Assembly (NCBI GenBank): GCA_038143065.1
Contig: JAYQLI010000035.1
Coordinates: 2,336,894-2,400,893, forward strand
Reading direction: 5' to 3'
DNA: 64,000 bases
DNA from: Rhodospirillales bacterium
Lineage (GTDB): Bacteria; Pseudomonadota; Alphaproteobacteria; Bin95
This document shows, in pieces, positions 41,614-56,018 of the stretch. The notes below the pieces were generated by a model, which saw nothing but the letters and a program-made list of their open reading frames with translations, made no database searches and was not told where the DNA came from. The position numbers and the translations under genes are program-made. Each line of letters begins with the position of its first letter. The first letter of the stretch is position 1.

Positions 41614-42268
41614 GAAGTCTTAAAAGCCCAAGGTGGTAGTGCCCAGTCTCAACTTCACCACCGCCAAGAGAGCCAATAAGGTCTGCAATCCCAATTGCCG
41701 ACTTTTGGGCGGTCTCATATGAGCCGGTTTCAACTAAAAGGCCCCAAACTGGAGGATTTTCCTCCATTTTTCTTAGCTGGGCCTCTGTTGTCCCTTTAGC
41801 AGAGTCGATGCTTGTTGGATGCCATGATTGGGCGGAAACTGCTTTGCCTTCGTCCACTAGAGAATGAGGCGCATTTTCGAGCCATGAAGTAAGCGCCTTA
41901 TTCGCTACTGAATTTGGTCTGAAACGATGCGTAGTACACCAGCCACCTATGCCAGTTCCTGCCTTTGAAATTTGCCTTGCTGTTACGCGTGTTACATTGC
42001 GAAAACAGGGCATAATCCGACGGGTCCATTCTGTGGGATTAGCCTGACGTTCCCCATATTCTGCAGAGCCAAGCACTTCAGGGCTATCTGTCTCGTACCA
42101 AGCTAAATATTTAGGCTTTCCATCCACAACTTGATATCGACGGCCGTTTAAAAAGCCGCGAACTCCTACGCGCTCCTCCACGTGCTGCTGCTCGTACCAG
42201 TTGTTAAAATCAATCTCAGCCTCTGGGGTAATATCCGTCCAGATTATAAGAAGGCCGTTTGACATCAT
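41606..42268 (-). CDS. Hypothetical protein (EthD/DUF4286-like alpha+beta barrel)
   Basis: FNNWYEQQHVEER..V.GF..GRRY..KYLA.YE pattern; start overlaps the gcvPB stop. Confidence 0.6.
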   Translation of the reverse strand: MMSNGLLIIWTDITPEAEIDFNNWYEQQHVEERVGVRGFLNGRRYQVVDGKPKYLAWYETDSPEVLGSAEYGERQANPTEWTRRIMPCFRNVTRVTARQISKAGTGIGGWCTTHRFRPNSVANKALTSWLENAPHSLVDEGKAVSAQSWHPTSIDSAKGTTEAQLRKMEENPPVWGLLVETGSYETAQKSAIGIADLIGSLGGGEVETGHYHLGLLRLPR

Positions 42269-43843
42269 TCCGCTGCCTGAAGTTCTTGCATCTTTGGTCG
42301 CCAGCGCAGAATTGGTTTCCGTGCGGCCTGAGTTTCATCGAGTCTTCTGCGGGGGGCATAACGGGGAGCTTGTTGGAATCGATCCAAGTTTTGCTCTTTT
42401 GCTTCTTCAGCGAGGAAACGAAGACAATCTATGAAACGATCTAAACTTTCCTTAGATTCGCTCTCCGTAGGCTCTATTAACATTGCTCCTTTAACTACTA
42501 AGGGAAAATACATAGTCATCGGATGATAGCCTTCGTCGATCATAGCCTTGGCAAAATCAAGGGTTGTGATTCCGGTGTCCTTCAGAAAACTCTCATCGAA
42601 AAGGGCCTCATGCATGCATGGCCCATCGCCAAATGGAGCAGACATAACGTCTTGAAGTCGGGCCTTCACATAATTAGCAGCCAACACAGCGTCACCGGAG
42701 GCTTGCATCAATCCGTCAGCGCCATGGCTAAGCATGTAAGTGAGAGCTCGAGTAAACATACCCATCTGTCCATGGAAACCTTTCATTCTTCCGAATGAAT
42801 TTTCTGCACCTTGATTGCGTTCCTCAATTAGGTTGAACCCGGCTTCATCATCGCCAGTAATCCAAGGTATTGGTGCGAATGGAGCAAGAGCGTCAGAGAA
42901 AACGACAGGTCCGGCGCCTGGTCCACCACCCCCATGAGGAGTTGAAAAAGTTTTGTGGAGGTTAATGTGCATTGCGTCCACGCCAAGGTCGCCTGGTCTC
43001 ACCCGACCAACAATTGCGTTGAAGTTGGCGCCATCGCAGTAAAAGAAACCACCAATGCTGTGAATGGCGTCAGCAATAGCTTTAATATCGTTCTCGAATA
43101 CGCCACAGGTGTTGGGATTGGTTAACATTATCGCAGCAACATCTCCACCAAGCATTGCCTTGAAAGCATCAAGATCAACGCGTCCTTTATCGTTTTCTGG
43201 TATCTCCTCAACTTTAAAACCAAGCATGGCTGCTGTTGCTGGATTAGTTCCATGTGCTGAGGCGGGGGCCAGACCCCGCTTTCGTGTCTCACCCTCACCA
43301 CGCGCGTTAAGTGCGGCTTTGATCGCCATCATGCCGCAAAGTTCACCATGAGCGCCTGCCCCTGGCGGTAGTGCTACTCCCTGGCATTCCGGTAAGAACT
43401 GAAAGCCAATTTTTGAGTTGCTGCATTAATTCTAAAGCGCCTTGTATCGTCGATACGGGCTGCATCGGGAGAAGATCAGCAAAGCCCGGAAGCCTTGCCA
43501 TCCGCTCATTTAAGCGGGGATTATGCTTCATGGTGCATGAGCCAAGAGGAAATAGCCCCGTGTCGATGCCATAGTTCAGACGGCTTATGCGAGTGTAATG
43601 TCGAACTACTGTAGGTTCGGCAAGTGATGGCAAGCCGATATCTTCGCCACGTGCTAGGTTTTCAAGGCGGTTCTTAGCGTCAGGCTTAGAGGGGAGATCC
43701 ACACCCACCGCGCCAGGTGAGTCCATCTCAAAAATAAGAGGTTCATCCTGCTCTAGCGCGCGTGCCCCAGTGAATGTTGCGAGCGCACTTGCAGCGTCGT
43801 TAGCAGGTAATGGGCGAGTTGGGCGGCCGTCTTTAAGCATCAA
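42265..43843 (-). CDS. gcvPB: Glycine dehydrogenase subunit 2 (indel at ~43380)
   Basis: PLGSCTMKHNP, AHGTNPATA, PLP-lysine motif HINLHKTFSTPHGGGGPG and LIEPTESE. Confidence 0.95.
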
Positions 43844-45187
43844 GCAAGCGCTCCTTCCAGCGCAGAAACAAGAGCATCGATATCAGAATTCGTATTAGTT
43901 TCTGTAGCGGCAACAATGAGAACATCGTCCAGATTTGATGAGGACCAAAGTCGGGAAGCCGGCACTCCGCCTAAAACCCCTGCGTCGGCCATTGTTTGAA
44001 CAACCTCCGAGGCTTTTTTAGGCAACTTCAAAGCGAATTCATTGAAAAATGAGGGCGTTATAAGGTCCACCCCTGGAATTTCTGAAAGTCGATCTGCCAG
44101 TTGACTGGCTCGTGCATGGTTCAAAGCCGCTAATTCTTTAAAACCAGTCTCTCCAAGCAGCGTCATGTGAACAGTGAAGGCGAGAGCGCAAAGGCCAGAA
44201 TTTGTGCATATGTTGCTAGTTGCTTTCGCTCGCCGAATATGTTGTTCACGAGTGGAAAGAGTAAGAACAAATCCACGTCTGCCCTCAGCATCAACTGTTT
44301 CACCACATAGCCGTCCCGGCATTTGTCGGATGAGTTTTTCCTTGCAAGCGAAGAGACCGATGTGAGGCCCACCGAAGTTTAAGGCATTTCCAATAGACTG
44401 GCCTTCAGCAACAGCAATATCGGCACCCATTGCGCCTGGTGGCTTAATAGCACCAAGGGAAACAATTTCTGTAGTAACCACAATGAGAAGTGCGCCAGCT
44501 GCATGGGTTGCTTCGGCCAGACTGCTGAAATCAACAATGTGGCCGAAGACGTCTGGGTATTGCACGATTACGGCACTAGTCTCACCGTCAATCTCATCCT
44601 TCAATTTTTGAATATCACTGCCTTCGGCTTTGGGTGACATTTCCTCGAATTGAAATCCTGTTTGCTTAGAAAGGGTAGCTATTGTTCCGGAGTAGTGCGG
44701 GTGCAAATTCCTGACGCAATGATTTTTCTCTGCGCGTGACCCGGTTTGCCATCAAGGCGGCTTCTGCAGCAGCAGTCGCGCCATCGTACAATGATGCGTT
44801 TGCTACATCCATGTCAGTAACCAGAGCTACTTGTGTTTGAAACTCAAATAATGCTTGCAGTGTGCCTTGGGCAATTTCAGGCTGATAGGGCGTATAGGCT
44901 GTGAGAAATTCTCCACGTTGAATTACATAATCAACAGTAGCAGGCACGTGATGGCGATAAGCACCTGTCCCTAGGAAGCTTGGCACGGTGCTGGCCGATA
45001 TGTTTCGGCCTGCAAGCGATACCAGTTCTTTCTCAACTTCTATTTCTGACTGTCCGAGAGGAAGACCGACTGGTTCATTCAGCAAAGCCTCTGCTGGAAC
45101 ATCGGAAAAAAGATCATTGATGCTTGATACTCCTATTGTAGAGAGCATCTCGCGTCGGTTGGTGTCTGTCAGCGGCAAATAACGCAT
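43840..45187 (-). CDS. gcvPA: Glycine dehydrogenase subunit 1 (indel at ~44715)
   Basis: [19 protein letters not shown] and [18 protein letters not shown]. Confidence 0.95.
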
Positions 45188-45207
45188 CGTTAGTGCTCCT
45201 TAAGGTC

Positions 45208-45579
45208 TCAGCCTTTGCAAAATTCGGCGTAGGCACTCTCGTCCATTAGGTTTTCTAGTTCTGAAACATCAGAAATTTTTATCTTGAAAAACCAGCCATC
45301 GCCTTGGGCATCAGAATTTACCAGTCCAGGGTCAGTTTCGAGAGCTTCGTTGACTTCAACTACTTCCCCTGAAAGCGGGGCATAGACATCGCTTGCCGCT
45401 TTGACTGATTCGACGACTGCGCAGTCGTCATCTTTATTCACGTCAGTTCCAGTAGTTGGTAAATCTACGAAAACTACGTCACCGAGTTGAACTTGTGCGT
45501 ATTCGCTAATACCGCATGTCGCAGTGTCGCCATCTACGCGAACCCATTCGTGCTCTTCGGAGAAATAAATGTCTGACAT
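45208..45579 (-). CDS. gcvH: Glycine cleavage system H protein
   Basis: [22 protein letters not shown] lipoyl-lysine motif. Confidence 0.98.
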   Translation of the reverse strand: MSDIYFSEEHEWVRVDGDTATCGISEYAQVQLGDVVFVDLPTTGTDVNKDDDCAVVESVKAASDVYAPLSGEVVEVNEALETDPGLVNSDAQGDGWFFKIKISDVSELENLMDESAYAEFCKG

Positions 45580-45591
45580 TTTTCGGTTTCC

Positions 45592-46692
45592 TCAGCCTTT
45601 AAAATAGCGATGTGGATGGAACGGCAATTTTACAATCTCTCCTGGACGAGATTGGCCGCGGACCATTAGTTCGATTTTGGTTCCTGGGGTGCTGGCGTTG
45701 TAATCGACGTATCCCATGGCAATTGGGTGATCTAGACTTGGTCCAAACCCTCCGCTTGTAACTGATCCAACGTTTTGGCCAGCTACCCTGATCTCAACGC
45801 CTTCTCGGGCTATAACTCGCCCTTCAGGTCTAATACCAACCCGACGACGCGATGGCTTTTCTGTTAGTTCTTTCTTGATGCGGTTGAAGCCAAGGAAGCC
45901 GCCTTCTTCTCGCCGTCTCTTGCCAATGGTCCATGAGAGTCCTGCCTCTACGGGTGATGTTTGGTGATTGAGATCGTGTCCATAAAGGCATAGTCCTGCT
46001 TCCAGCCTGAGCGAGTCTCTTGCGCCTAGCCCAATAGGTGCTACTTCTTCTTGATCGAGAAGGGCGCGAGCGATCGCTTCGGCAGCATGGTTTTCCATAC
46101 TGATTTCAAAACCATCTTCGCCGGTGTATCCAGACCGCGTTATAAAACAGCGGAACCCTTCAATATCAATTTCAGACCCAGACATAAAAGGCATTGCAGA
46201 CGTCATGGGAGCAAAGCGCTCCAACACAGAAGCAGCTTTTGGTCCTTGTAGGGCCAAAAGAGCCCGATTATCTAAGTACTGGACCTCCACTCCGGCTAAA
46301 TTATCTTTCATGTGGTCCAGGTCTTCGTGTTTACAAGCGGCGTTTACTACGAGAAAAAAGTCCTCACCACGATTAAGGATCATGAGGTCGTCAGAAACGC
46401 CGCCCAATTGATTGGTGAACATGGTGTAGCGCATTTGACCTTTAGACAGCTCTTTAATGTCGGCAGGCACAATCTGCTCTAAGCTCGTTGCAATGTTTTT
46501 CCCCACCAATCTCACTTGCCCCATGTGGGACACGTCAAAGAGACCAGCAGAATTTCTGCAATGCTTGTGTTCTTCAAGCACGCCCAAGGGGTATTGAACG
46601 GGCATATCATAGCCCGCGAAGTTGACCATCTTTGCGCCAAGTTCAATGTGCAAGCTATGCAGAGGGGTTTTAAGAGGCGCGGCGTCTGTCAA
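45592..46692 (-). CDS. gcvT: Glycine cleavage system aminomethyltransferase T
   Basis: GLFDVSHMG, RSGYTGEDGFEI and GLGARDSLRLEAG. Confidence 0.98.
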   Translation of the reverse strand: MTDAAPLKTPLHSLHIELGAKMVNFAGYDMPVQYPLGVLEEHKHCRNSAGLFDVSHMGQVRLVGKNIATSLEQIVPADIKELSKGQMRYTMFTNQLGGVSDDLMILNRGEDFFLVVNAACKHEDLDHMKDNLAGVEVQYLDNRALLALQGPKAASVLERFAPMTSAMPFMSGSEIDIEGFRCFITRSGYTGEDGFEISMENHAAEAIARALLDQEEVAPIGLGARDSLRLEAGLCLYGHDLNHQTSPVEAGLSWTIGKRRREEGGFLGFNRIKKELTEKPSRRRVGIRPEGRVIAREGVEIRVAGQNVGSVTSGGFGPSLDHPIAMGYVDYNASTPGTKIELMVRGQSRPGEIVKLPFHPHRYFKG

Positions 46693-46746
46693 CGTATGTC
46701 TCCGACTCAGAGTTGCAGTTCATCGGACTTTCGCCTGATGCACCAA

Positions 46747-46970
46747 CCCCCTCTGTCATCGGGACCTGAAAGATTCTCCCAAAATAGCGTCACCGCCATT
46801 ATTGGGTTTGCATCTTCGGTGGAACGATTCGGCCTAAACCGTTTCGCTCACTTTCCAGAGTTGCCTATCCTATCGGTCCGCTTCGCCTGAGAGTTTCCGG
46901 GGCGGTTGCTCCTTCGGCGGCTAACAAACTAGCGACTCGCTACATTTGAAAGCTCTCTCCCGATCAGGAT
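46747..46970 (-). ncRNA. Tandem glycine riboswitch
   Basis: Minus strand: GGGAGAG...CGCCGAAGGAGCAA..GGAAACTCTCAGGC (aptamer 1); CTCTGGAAAG...CACCGAAG...TCTTTCAGGT...GACAGAG (aptamer 2); upstream of gcvT. Confidence 0.95.
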
Positions 46971-47156
46971 CTTTAGCTTTTAAAGGTTGACCATATGAAC
47001 AACCTTGAAGGAGTCAACTGACGCCCTAAAAAAACAGGTGGAAAGGCTTCAAAGGTCGCAGTACACAATGTGCGATTGCGAACATTGCGTACGATGACTA
47101 AAGTGCGGCCGCGAGGTCCTCGCATTAGTCCGTGGTTTAAGAATAGGAGAGACGTC

Positions 47157-47530
47157 ATGGCCGGTCTAGACGATCTGCTTCGAGAATATTTGCCCATATT
47201 GATTTTTTTCGGCGTGGCTGCTGGCGTAGCTGTGGCTGCTGTGTCGGCTTCATACATCATTGCCAGACAAAAACCTGATCCAGAAAAGGTGTCCGCATAC
47301 GAGTGTGGGTTTGAGGCTTTCACGGACAGTCGAGGCAAATTCGATGTGCGTTTTTACTTAGTGGCAATTCTTTTCATCATCTTCGATCTTGAGGTTGCAT
47401 TCTTGTTTCCTTGGGCCGTTGCTCTCGGAGACATCGGTGCTTTCGATTTTGGTCGATGATGGCCTTCTTGGGTATTTTAACGGTTGGGTTCATCTACGAA
47501 TGGAAAAAGGGCGCTTTGGAATGGGAGTGA
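47157..47530 (+). CDS. nuoA: NADH-quinone oxidoreductase subunit A (indel at ~47445)
   Basis: [21 protein letters not shown]; the shifted frame ends ..[11 protein letters not shown]. Confidence 0.95.
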
Positions 47531-48060
47531 TTGATAATGTTGGCCCAGTCGGCCCAGGGGCAGAGCAAGATGCCATCCTAAAAGGTGTGACCGGAGAGCT
47601 TGAAGATAAAGGCTTTGTGGTTGCGCAGCTTGATAGCCTGGTGAATTGGGCCCGCTCTGGATCGCTGTGGCCAATGACATTCGGGCTTGCGTGCTGTGCA
47701 GTTGAAATGATGCACTCTGCTTGCTCGCGCTATGATCTTGATCGCTTTGGGGTGGTCTTCAGGCCAAGTCCTCGTCAATCTGATGTGATGATTGTCGCGG
47801 GTACTTTAACTAACAAAATGGCCCCTGCTTTGCGGAAAGTATATGATCAAATGGCAGAGCCCCGCTGGGTCATTTCCATGGGCTCGTGTGCAAATGGAGG
47901 TGGCTACTACCACTACAGTTATTCAGTGGTTCGAGGCTGCGATCGCATTGTGCCAGTTGATGTATATGTTCCTGGTTGCCCGCCGACCGCTGAGGCGTTG
48001 CTTTATGGGGTGTTGCAGCTTCAAAAAAAGATCAAACGCACCGGCACCTTGTTGCGCTAA
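47521..48060 (+). CDS. nuoB: NADH-quinone oxidoreductase subunit B
   Basis: [10 protein letters not shown] and VPGCPPTAE. Confidence 0.98.
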   Translation: MGVIDNVGPVGPGAEQDAILKGVTGELEDKGFVVAQLDSLVNWARSGSLWPMTFGLACCAVEMMHSACSRYDLDRFGVVFRPSPRQSDVMIVAGTLTNKMAPALRKVYDQMAEPRWVISMGSCANGGGYYHYSYSVVRGCDRIVPVDVYVPGCPPTAEALLYGVLQLQKKIKRTGTLLR

Positions 48061-48083
48061 CGGGTTTTTAGGCGGAAAATCTT

Positions 48084-48695
48084 ATGCAGAACCTATCAGA
48101 GCACATTGCCGAGCATCTTGGTGATATCCTTGTAAGCCGTGAAGTCCGTTTAAATGAACTGATTCTGACGGTTAGAAAGGACGGGATCGTTAGAGCGTTA
48201 ACCTTTCTGCGGGATGATAGTACCGTGGATTGCAAAATGTTGGTGGACGTTTGTGGAGTGGATTATCCAAGTCGAGAAGAGCGGTTTGAGGTTGTCTATA
48301 ATCTTCTTAGCCTGCGCCAAAATCATCGTGTTCGCGTAAAAATAACAACAGACGAAGACACACCTGTGCCGTCAGTGGCGGAGGTGTTTTCATCGGCCAA
48401 CTGGTTTGAGCGAGAAGTCTGGGACCTTTATGGCGTGTTTTTTGCTGACCATCCGGACCTGCGGAGGATTTTGACCGATTATGGGTTCGAGGGACATCCT
48501 CTTCGAAAAGATTTTCCCATGACGGGGCATGTTGAAGTTCGATATGACGATGAGGACAAGCGTGTTGTTTATGAACCCGTACGCTTGCCCCAAGAATTTA
48601 GATCTTTTGACTTCTTGAGCCCATGGGAAGGCGCTGAGCGTCAACTCCCGGGGGACGAAAAAGTCGATGAGACAGCGGCCGAGAAGACGGACTGA
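48084..48695 (+). CDS. nuoC: NADH-quinone oxidoreductase subunit C
   Basis: [11 protein letters not shown] and GHPLRKDFP. Confidence 0.98.
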   Translation: MQNLSEHIAEHLGDILVSREVRLNELILTVRKDGIVRALTFLRDDSTVDCKMLVDVCGVDYPSREERFEVVYNLLSLRQNHRVRVKITTDEDTPVPSVAEVFSSANWFEREVWDLYGVFFADHPDLRRILTDYGFEGHPLRKDFPMTGHVEVRYDDEDKRVVYEPVRLPQEFRSFDFLSPWEGAERQLPGDEKVDETAAEKTD

Positions 48696-48699
48696 AAAG

Positions 48700-49877
48700 A
48701 TGGCTGAAGCTCACATAAAAAATTATACTATTAATTTTGGGCCGCAGCACCCAGCAGCACACGGTGTGTTGCGTATGGTGATGGAGCTCGATGGAGAAAT
48801 AGTTGACCGCATTGATAGTCACATTGGCTTACTTCATCGCGGTACAGAAAAGCTGATAGAATATAAGACTTATCTCCAGGCAATGCCTTATTTCTATAGG
48901 CTTGATTACGTATCTCCCATGTCTCAGGAGCATGCCTATTGTTTGGCCGTTGAGAAACTTCTCGGGATAGCCCCCCATTGCGGGGCCAGTATGTAAGAGT
49001 GCTTTTTGCTGAGATTAGTCGGGTTCTGAACCATCTCTTAAACATAACTGCATTCGCGATGGATGTTGGCGCTATGACCCCAATGCTTTGGGGTTTTGAA
49101 CAGCTCGAGAAGCTGATGGAATTTTACGAGGGTGTTTCGGGGGCTCGTTTACACGCGGCTTACTTCCGTCCTGGAGGGGTTCATCAGGACCTGCCTGACG
49201 GGATGTTGGGTGAAATCTCAGCTTGGTGTGATGAATTCCCGAGATTTGTGGACGATATGCGTCACCTTCTAGACGGAAACCGCATTTTTAAGCAGCGGAC
49301 GGTTGATGTTGGGGTCGTTTCAGCTAAGGACGCCATCGACTGGGGCTTTACTGGTCCAATGCTTAGAGGATCTGGCGTAGCTTGGGACCTGAGGCGTTCC
49401 CAGCCCTATGATGTTTATGACCAGTATGATTTTGATGTTCCAATCGGAAAAAACGGCGATTGTTATGATCGCTACGTCTGTCGTGTTGAAGAGATGGCTC
49501 AAAGTCTGAAGATTATTCGTCAGTGCATTGCTGATATGCCTCAAGGGCCGGTACTCGCAGAAGACGCTAAGATTGCTCCTCCACGACGAGGTGATATGAA
49601 GCAGTCTATGGAAGCACTTATTCACCACTTTAAGCTCTACACAGAAGGCTTCCATGTGCCTGCGGGTGAGACCTACACTGCGGTTGAGGCACCAAAAGGT
49701 GAGTTTGGTGTCTATCTCGTTTCTGACGGAACAAACAAGCCTTATCGCTGCAAGATTCGTGCTCCCGGTTTTGCCCATCTTCAGGCAATGGAATTTTGCT
49801 CGAAAGGTCATATGCTTGCTGATAGCGTGGCCATACTCGGATCTATGGACATTGTTTTTGGAGAGGTCGACCGATGA
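48700..49877 (+). CDS. nuoD: NADH-quinone oxidoreductase subunit D (indel at ~48975)
   Basis: [20 protein letters not shown] and [12 protein letters not shown]. Confidence 0.97.
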
Positions 49878-50458
49878 GTGGTATCGAAATCGCCCCTGAC
49901 CATCTTCAGCCTGGTTCTTTCGTCTTTTCTGATGAAAATCTTGTTAAGGCTCAAACGACGATAGCAAAGTATCCTGAAGGCAAGCAGCAGAGCGCCCTTA
50001 TGCCTCTGCTGGACCTTGCGCAGCGTCAAAATGGTGGCTGGGTCCCAAGAGCGGCAATCGAATACATTGCTGACATGCTTGAGATGCCTTCTATCCGGGT
50101 TTGGGAAGTTGCCACTTTTTATACTATGTATTTTCTTGCACCAAAGGGTCGGACGAAAGTGCATGTTTGCACAACTACTCCCTGCTGGCTTCGCGGTTCT
50201 GATGATGTTGTGAAAGCCTGCAAGGAAAGCCTTGGCATCGGGATGGACGAAACAACCAGCGACGGTGCATTTTCCTTACATGAAGTTGAATGCGCAGGTG
50301 CCTGCGTGAATGCACCTGTTGTGCAAATTAATGACGACTATTACGAAGATTTGGATTACGAAAAGACCAAGCGCCTGCTTGACTCTTTCAAGGCGGGAGA
50401 CCCTCCGAAGCCTGGTCCATTGAGTGAACGTCGCGGTTCTGAACCTGCAAAAGCCTAA
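49874..50458 (+). CDS. nuoE: NADH-quinone oxidoreductase subunit E
   Basis: [14 protein letters not shown] and [10 protein letters not shown]. Confidence 0.97.
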   Translation: MSGIEIAPDHLQPGSFVFSDENLVKAQTTIAKYPEGKQQSALMPLLDLAQRQNGGWVPRAAIEYIADMLEMPSIRVWEVATFYTMYFLAPKGRTKVHVCTTTPCWLRGSDDVVKACKESLGIGMDETTSDGAFSLHEVECAGACVNAPVVQINDDYYEDLDYEKTKRLLDSFKAGDPPKPGPLSERRGSEPAKA

Positions 50459-50484
50459 TTGAAAAGAAGCTAGAAGCCAGCCCA

Positions 50485-51768
50485 ATGTTAGATATTAAAG
50501 ATCGAATTTTCACCAATCTTTACGGCGAGGAGCCTTGGGATCTTGCTGCTGCTAAAAAGCGTGGCGATTGGGATGGGACCAAGGAATTAATTGCAAAAGG
50601 CCGAGATTGGATCGTAGAGGAAATGAAATCCTCAGGCATGAGAGGCCGTGGAGGTGCTGGCTTCCCAACTGGCCTAAAATGGTCATTCATGCCTAAGGAT
50701 GACGACGGCAAGCCACGTTATCTGGTTGTGAATGCGGATGAAGGCGAACCTGGTACGTGCAAAGATAGGGATATCATTCGTAATGATCCTCATAAGTTAG
50801 TTGAGGGATGCTTGCTTGCAGGTGTCGGACTTGGAGCTACGGCAGGTTATATTTACATCCGGGGTGAATTTCATAACGAGGCAAATATATTAGATGCTGC
50901 TATTCAAGAGGCTTACGATGCTGGCCTTCTTGGTAAAAACGCCTGTGGTTCAGGTTATGATTATGATTTATATTTGCACCGGGGTGCTGGTGCATACATT
51001 TGCGGTGAAGAAACCGCTCTAATTGAGAGTCTTGAAGGTAAAAAAGGCCAGCCACGCTTGAAGCCCCCGTTTCCTGCAATGGCCGGGCTTTATGGTCGCC
51101 CCACAACTGTAAACAATGTCGAAACGATTGCGGCTGCTCCAACAGTTTTGCGTCGAGGGGCTGCGTGGTTCTCAAGTTTTGGGCGCGAAAATAACGCTGG
51201 GACCAAACTTTTCTGTATATCTGGCCATGTTAACACTCCATGTAATGTTGAAGAGACGATGGGTATTTCGCTCAAAGAGTTGATAGAGCGGCATGCAGGT
51301 GGAGTTCGTGGTGGTTGGGATAACTTACTCGCTGTCATACCGGGTGGCTCATCTACTCCTGTGCTGCCTAAGCACATTTGCGATACAGCCATAATGGACT
51401 TTGATGGTCTTCGTGAGCATCAGAGTGGGCTCGGGACCGCTGCAGTTATTGTGATGGATAAATCAACAGATATCGTTAAGGCGTTTGCCCGACTTTCCTA
51501 CTTCTACATGCATGAGAGTTGTGGCCAATGCACACCTTGCCGTGAGGGTTTTGGTTGGGTTTATCGAGTAATGCAGAGAATGGTTACCGGCGATGCTCGC
51601 ATTGAGGAGATAGATATGCTCCAGCAGGTAACTAAGGAAATTGAGGGTCATACCATCTGTGCCCATGGCGACGGTGGCTCTTGGCCAATCCAGGGAATGA
51701 TCAGGCACTTTCGCCCAGAACTCGAGCGTCGTATCGAAGAACGCTTAGCTGCTGCCCGGGCGGCTTAA
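50485..51768 (+). CDS. nuoF: NADH-quinone oxidoreductase subunit F
   Basis: [21 protein letters not shown] and [12 protein letters not shown]. Confidence 0.99.
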   Translation: MLDIKDRIFTNLYGEEPWDLAAAKKRGDWDGTKELIAKGRDWIVEEMKSSGMRGRGGAGFPTGLKWSFMPKDDDGKPRYLVVNADEGEPGTCKDRDIIRNDPHKLVEGCLLAGVGLGATAGYIYIRGEFHNEANILDAAIQEAYDAGLLGKNACGSGYDYDLYLHRGAGAYICGEETALIESLEGKKGQPRLKPPFPAMAGLYGRPTTVNNVETIAAAPTVLRRGAAWFSSFGRENNAGTKLFCISGHVNTPCNVEETMGISLKELIERHAGGVRGGWDNLLAVIPGGSSTPVLPKHICDTAIMDFDGLREHQSGLGTAAVIVMDKSTDIVKAFARLSYFYMHESCGQCTPCREGFGWVYRVMQRMVTGDARIEEIDMLQQVTKEIEGHTICAHGDGGSWPIQGMIRHFRPELERRIEERLAAARAA

Positions 51769-51783
51769 GGAGGATCAGCGAAG

Positions 51784-53794
51784 ATGCCAAAACTCACAGT
51801 TGACGGCGTTGAAGTAGAAGTGCCAGCCGGAGCAACCGTGCTGCAAGCGATCGAGGCAACAGGGAAAGAAGTTCCGCGCTTCTGCTATCATGATCGTTTA
51901 TCCATTGCCGGCAACTGCCGGATGTGTTTGGTGGAAATAAAACCGGGTCCACCAAAACCTGCGGCATCTTGTGCTATGCCTGCTGGGGAAAACATGGAAG
52001 TTTTTACCAATAGCCCAATGGTGGAACATGCCCGAAAGGGCGTGATGGAAATGCTGCTGATTAACCATCCACTGGATTGTCCAATATGTGACCAGGGCGG
52101 TGAGTGTGATCTTCAAGATCAGGCGATGTCTTATGGTGGTGGGGCAAGCCGTTATGACGAAATGAAACGTGCAGTCCCTGATAAGTATATGGGACCATTA
52201 GTTAAGACAATTATGACTCGTTGCATCCACTGCACGCGCTGTGTGCGTTTTGTGGATGAGGTGGCAGGTGTTCCAACGATTGGCGCACTTGGGCGAGGAG
52301 GTGCCACAGAAATTAGTACGCTTGAAGCAGGTATTAATTCTGAGCTATCTGGAAATATTATTGACCTCTGTCCTGTGGGGGCTCTGACTTCAAGGCCCTA
52401 CGAATTCGTAGCGAGGCCGTGGGAACTCTCTAAGACTGAATCTGTAGATGTTATGGATGCTGTTGGCTCTAATATTCGCGTTGATGCGCGCGGGCCAGAG
52501 GTTTTGCGGGTGCTCCCTAGGCTTAATGAAGATGTCAATGAAGAATGGATTTCTGACAAGACCAGATTTGCAATTGATGGCTTAAAACGCCAGCGCCTAG
52601 ACACCCCTTACGTCCGGGGAGCCGATGGTCGTCTGAAGGCTACAAGTTGGACAGCGGCCCTGAACGTGGTTGCTGAAAAATTAAAGGCAACAGCCCCAGA
52701 GAAGATCGCTGTTATTGCTGGTGATCAAGTTGACGCTGAGGCAATGTTTGCCGCCAAGGCACTTTTTGAAAATATAGGCGTTCAAAATATCGATTGCCGA
52801 CAGGACGGTATGAAAATTGCGCCAGGTACTCCGCGCGGTGGATATATTCTGAACGAAGGTCTCTCCGGTGTGGAGAAGGCAGACCGATTACTTCTAATTG
52901 GTTCGGACCCTAGACGCGAAGCGGCAGTCTTTGGGGCCCGTATTCGTAAGCGCTGGCTTGAAGGGGATTTCAAAGTCGGTGTGGTTGGGGAAATAGGGGA
53001 TCAAACCTACCCAACGGAATTAGTTTCTCTTGAAAGTGCTGCCGAATTTCTTCAAGGGGCGTCCAGGCCGATGGTGATCGTTGGCGCTGGCGCTCTAGCA
53101 AGAGCGGATGGTGCATCAGTGCTGGCTCATGCTCGATCTTTAGCAACAGTTACGGATGAATGGGTTGGTTTCGGTGTCCTGCACACTGCGGCGTCACGTG
53201 TCGCTGGGCTGGATCTTTCCTTCTTGCCTGGGCCTGAAGGTCAGGATGTTGCTGGTATGTTGGCGGGCGTTAAAACAGGGGATATTGAAACTGTTTTTCT
53301 TCTTGGAGCTGATGAAATTAACTTTGAAAGCTTGAAAGGCGCATTTGTTATTTATCAGGGTGCAGTTGGTGACGAGGGTGCAGGGGCTGCTGACGTAGTG
53401 CTGCCTGGAGCTGCATTTACAGAGAAAGATGGTACTTACGTTAATACGGAAGGCCGCGCTCAGAGAGCTTCTCGCGCTGTATTTCCACCTGGTGATGCTC
53501 GTGAAGACTGGACTATATTAAGAGCTCTTTCGGAAGTTTTAGGTTCCAAGTTGCCATTTGATGATTTGATCAGTCTTCGCGCTCAGATGATTGAAAAAGT
53601 TCCTGTGCTCGGAGCCATTGACGAACAGATGCCAGGTGTTTGGGGTGAGTTTGGCGAGAAGGGTTTGGTTGAAGATGAGCCAATGCAGTCTGCGGTCAAA
53701 AATTTCTATATGACTTGCCCAATTTCTCGTGCCAGCCCGACTATGGCCCGATGTGTGCAGGAATTTATGAATAGTTCAAATCAGGATAAAGCGC

Positions 53795-53802
<8 letters not shown>
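51784..53802 (+). CDS. nuoG: NADH-quinone oxidoreductase subunit G
   Basis: [26 protein letters not shown] and RCIHCTRC. Confidence 0.99.
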
Positions 53803-55307
<1,505 letters not shown>

Positions 55308-55400
55308 ATCTTTTTGCCCATCGCATCGTGCTAATGAAGCTCAAGTTTTGAGATATAGTTTGCGGATGTGGGCTGCCTTTAAATTGGTTGGAGGGTCAAC

Positions 55401-56018
55401 ATGACCGTCGCCGCATTATGTTTTTACCTTTTTGCTTCAGTTGCTGTTGTCTCAGGGGTAATGGTTGTTACTGCGCGTAATCCCGTGCATGCAGTGCTTT
55501 TCCTTATTCTGGCAGTTTTTAACTCAGCTGGTTTATTCGTTTTGATAGGTGCGGAATATCTCGCCATGGCTCTTGTGGTTGTATATGTCGGGGCAGTTGC
55601 GGTTCTATTCTTATTTGTCGTTATGATGCTGGATGTGAATTTCCAAGAGTTGAGAGCTGGTGCCGCTCGTTACATTTCGATCGGCGCGGTTGTTGGTTTG
55701 GCACTTCTTGCATAGTTAAGCTTGGTGCTCGGTGGTGCTGCGTTTGGTGATGCCAAAGTCATGGGTGGCGCACTTCCAACCCCACCAGCGGATCAGGTTG
55801 AGAATGTTAGAGCTCTTGGTCAAATTCTCTACACCGATCTTTTTGTCCTATTTCAGATTTCAGGTCTGATATTGTTGGTGGCGATGATTGGCGCAATAGT
55901 ATTGACGTTGCGCAGTCGCCCTGGTGTTCGCCGTCAACGGATTAGTGACCAACTTGAGCGAACTCCAGAAAAAGCTATAGAGGTTGTCAAAGTGCCCATT
56001 GGCGGAGGCGCCCAATGA
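55401..56018 (+). CDS. nuoJ: NADH-quinone oxidoreductase subunit J (in-frame TAG at 55713, probably a GAG base error)
   Basis: [10 protein letters not shown] and [17 protein letters not shown]; the same frame resumes to [12 protein letters not shown]. Confidence 0.93.

Noticed and set aside
55713-55715. In-frame TAG in nuoJ as pyrrolysine or stop-codon reassignment
   Set aside because: The site corresponds to a typical LLAEL (GAG) and is not catalytic, TAG terminates other genes here (atpG, tusA, nuoM), and a single G>T error explains it.
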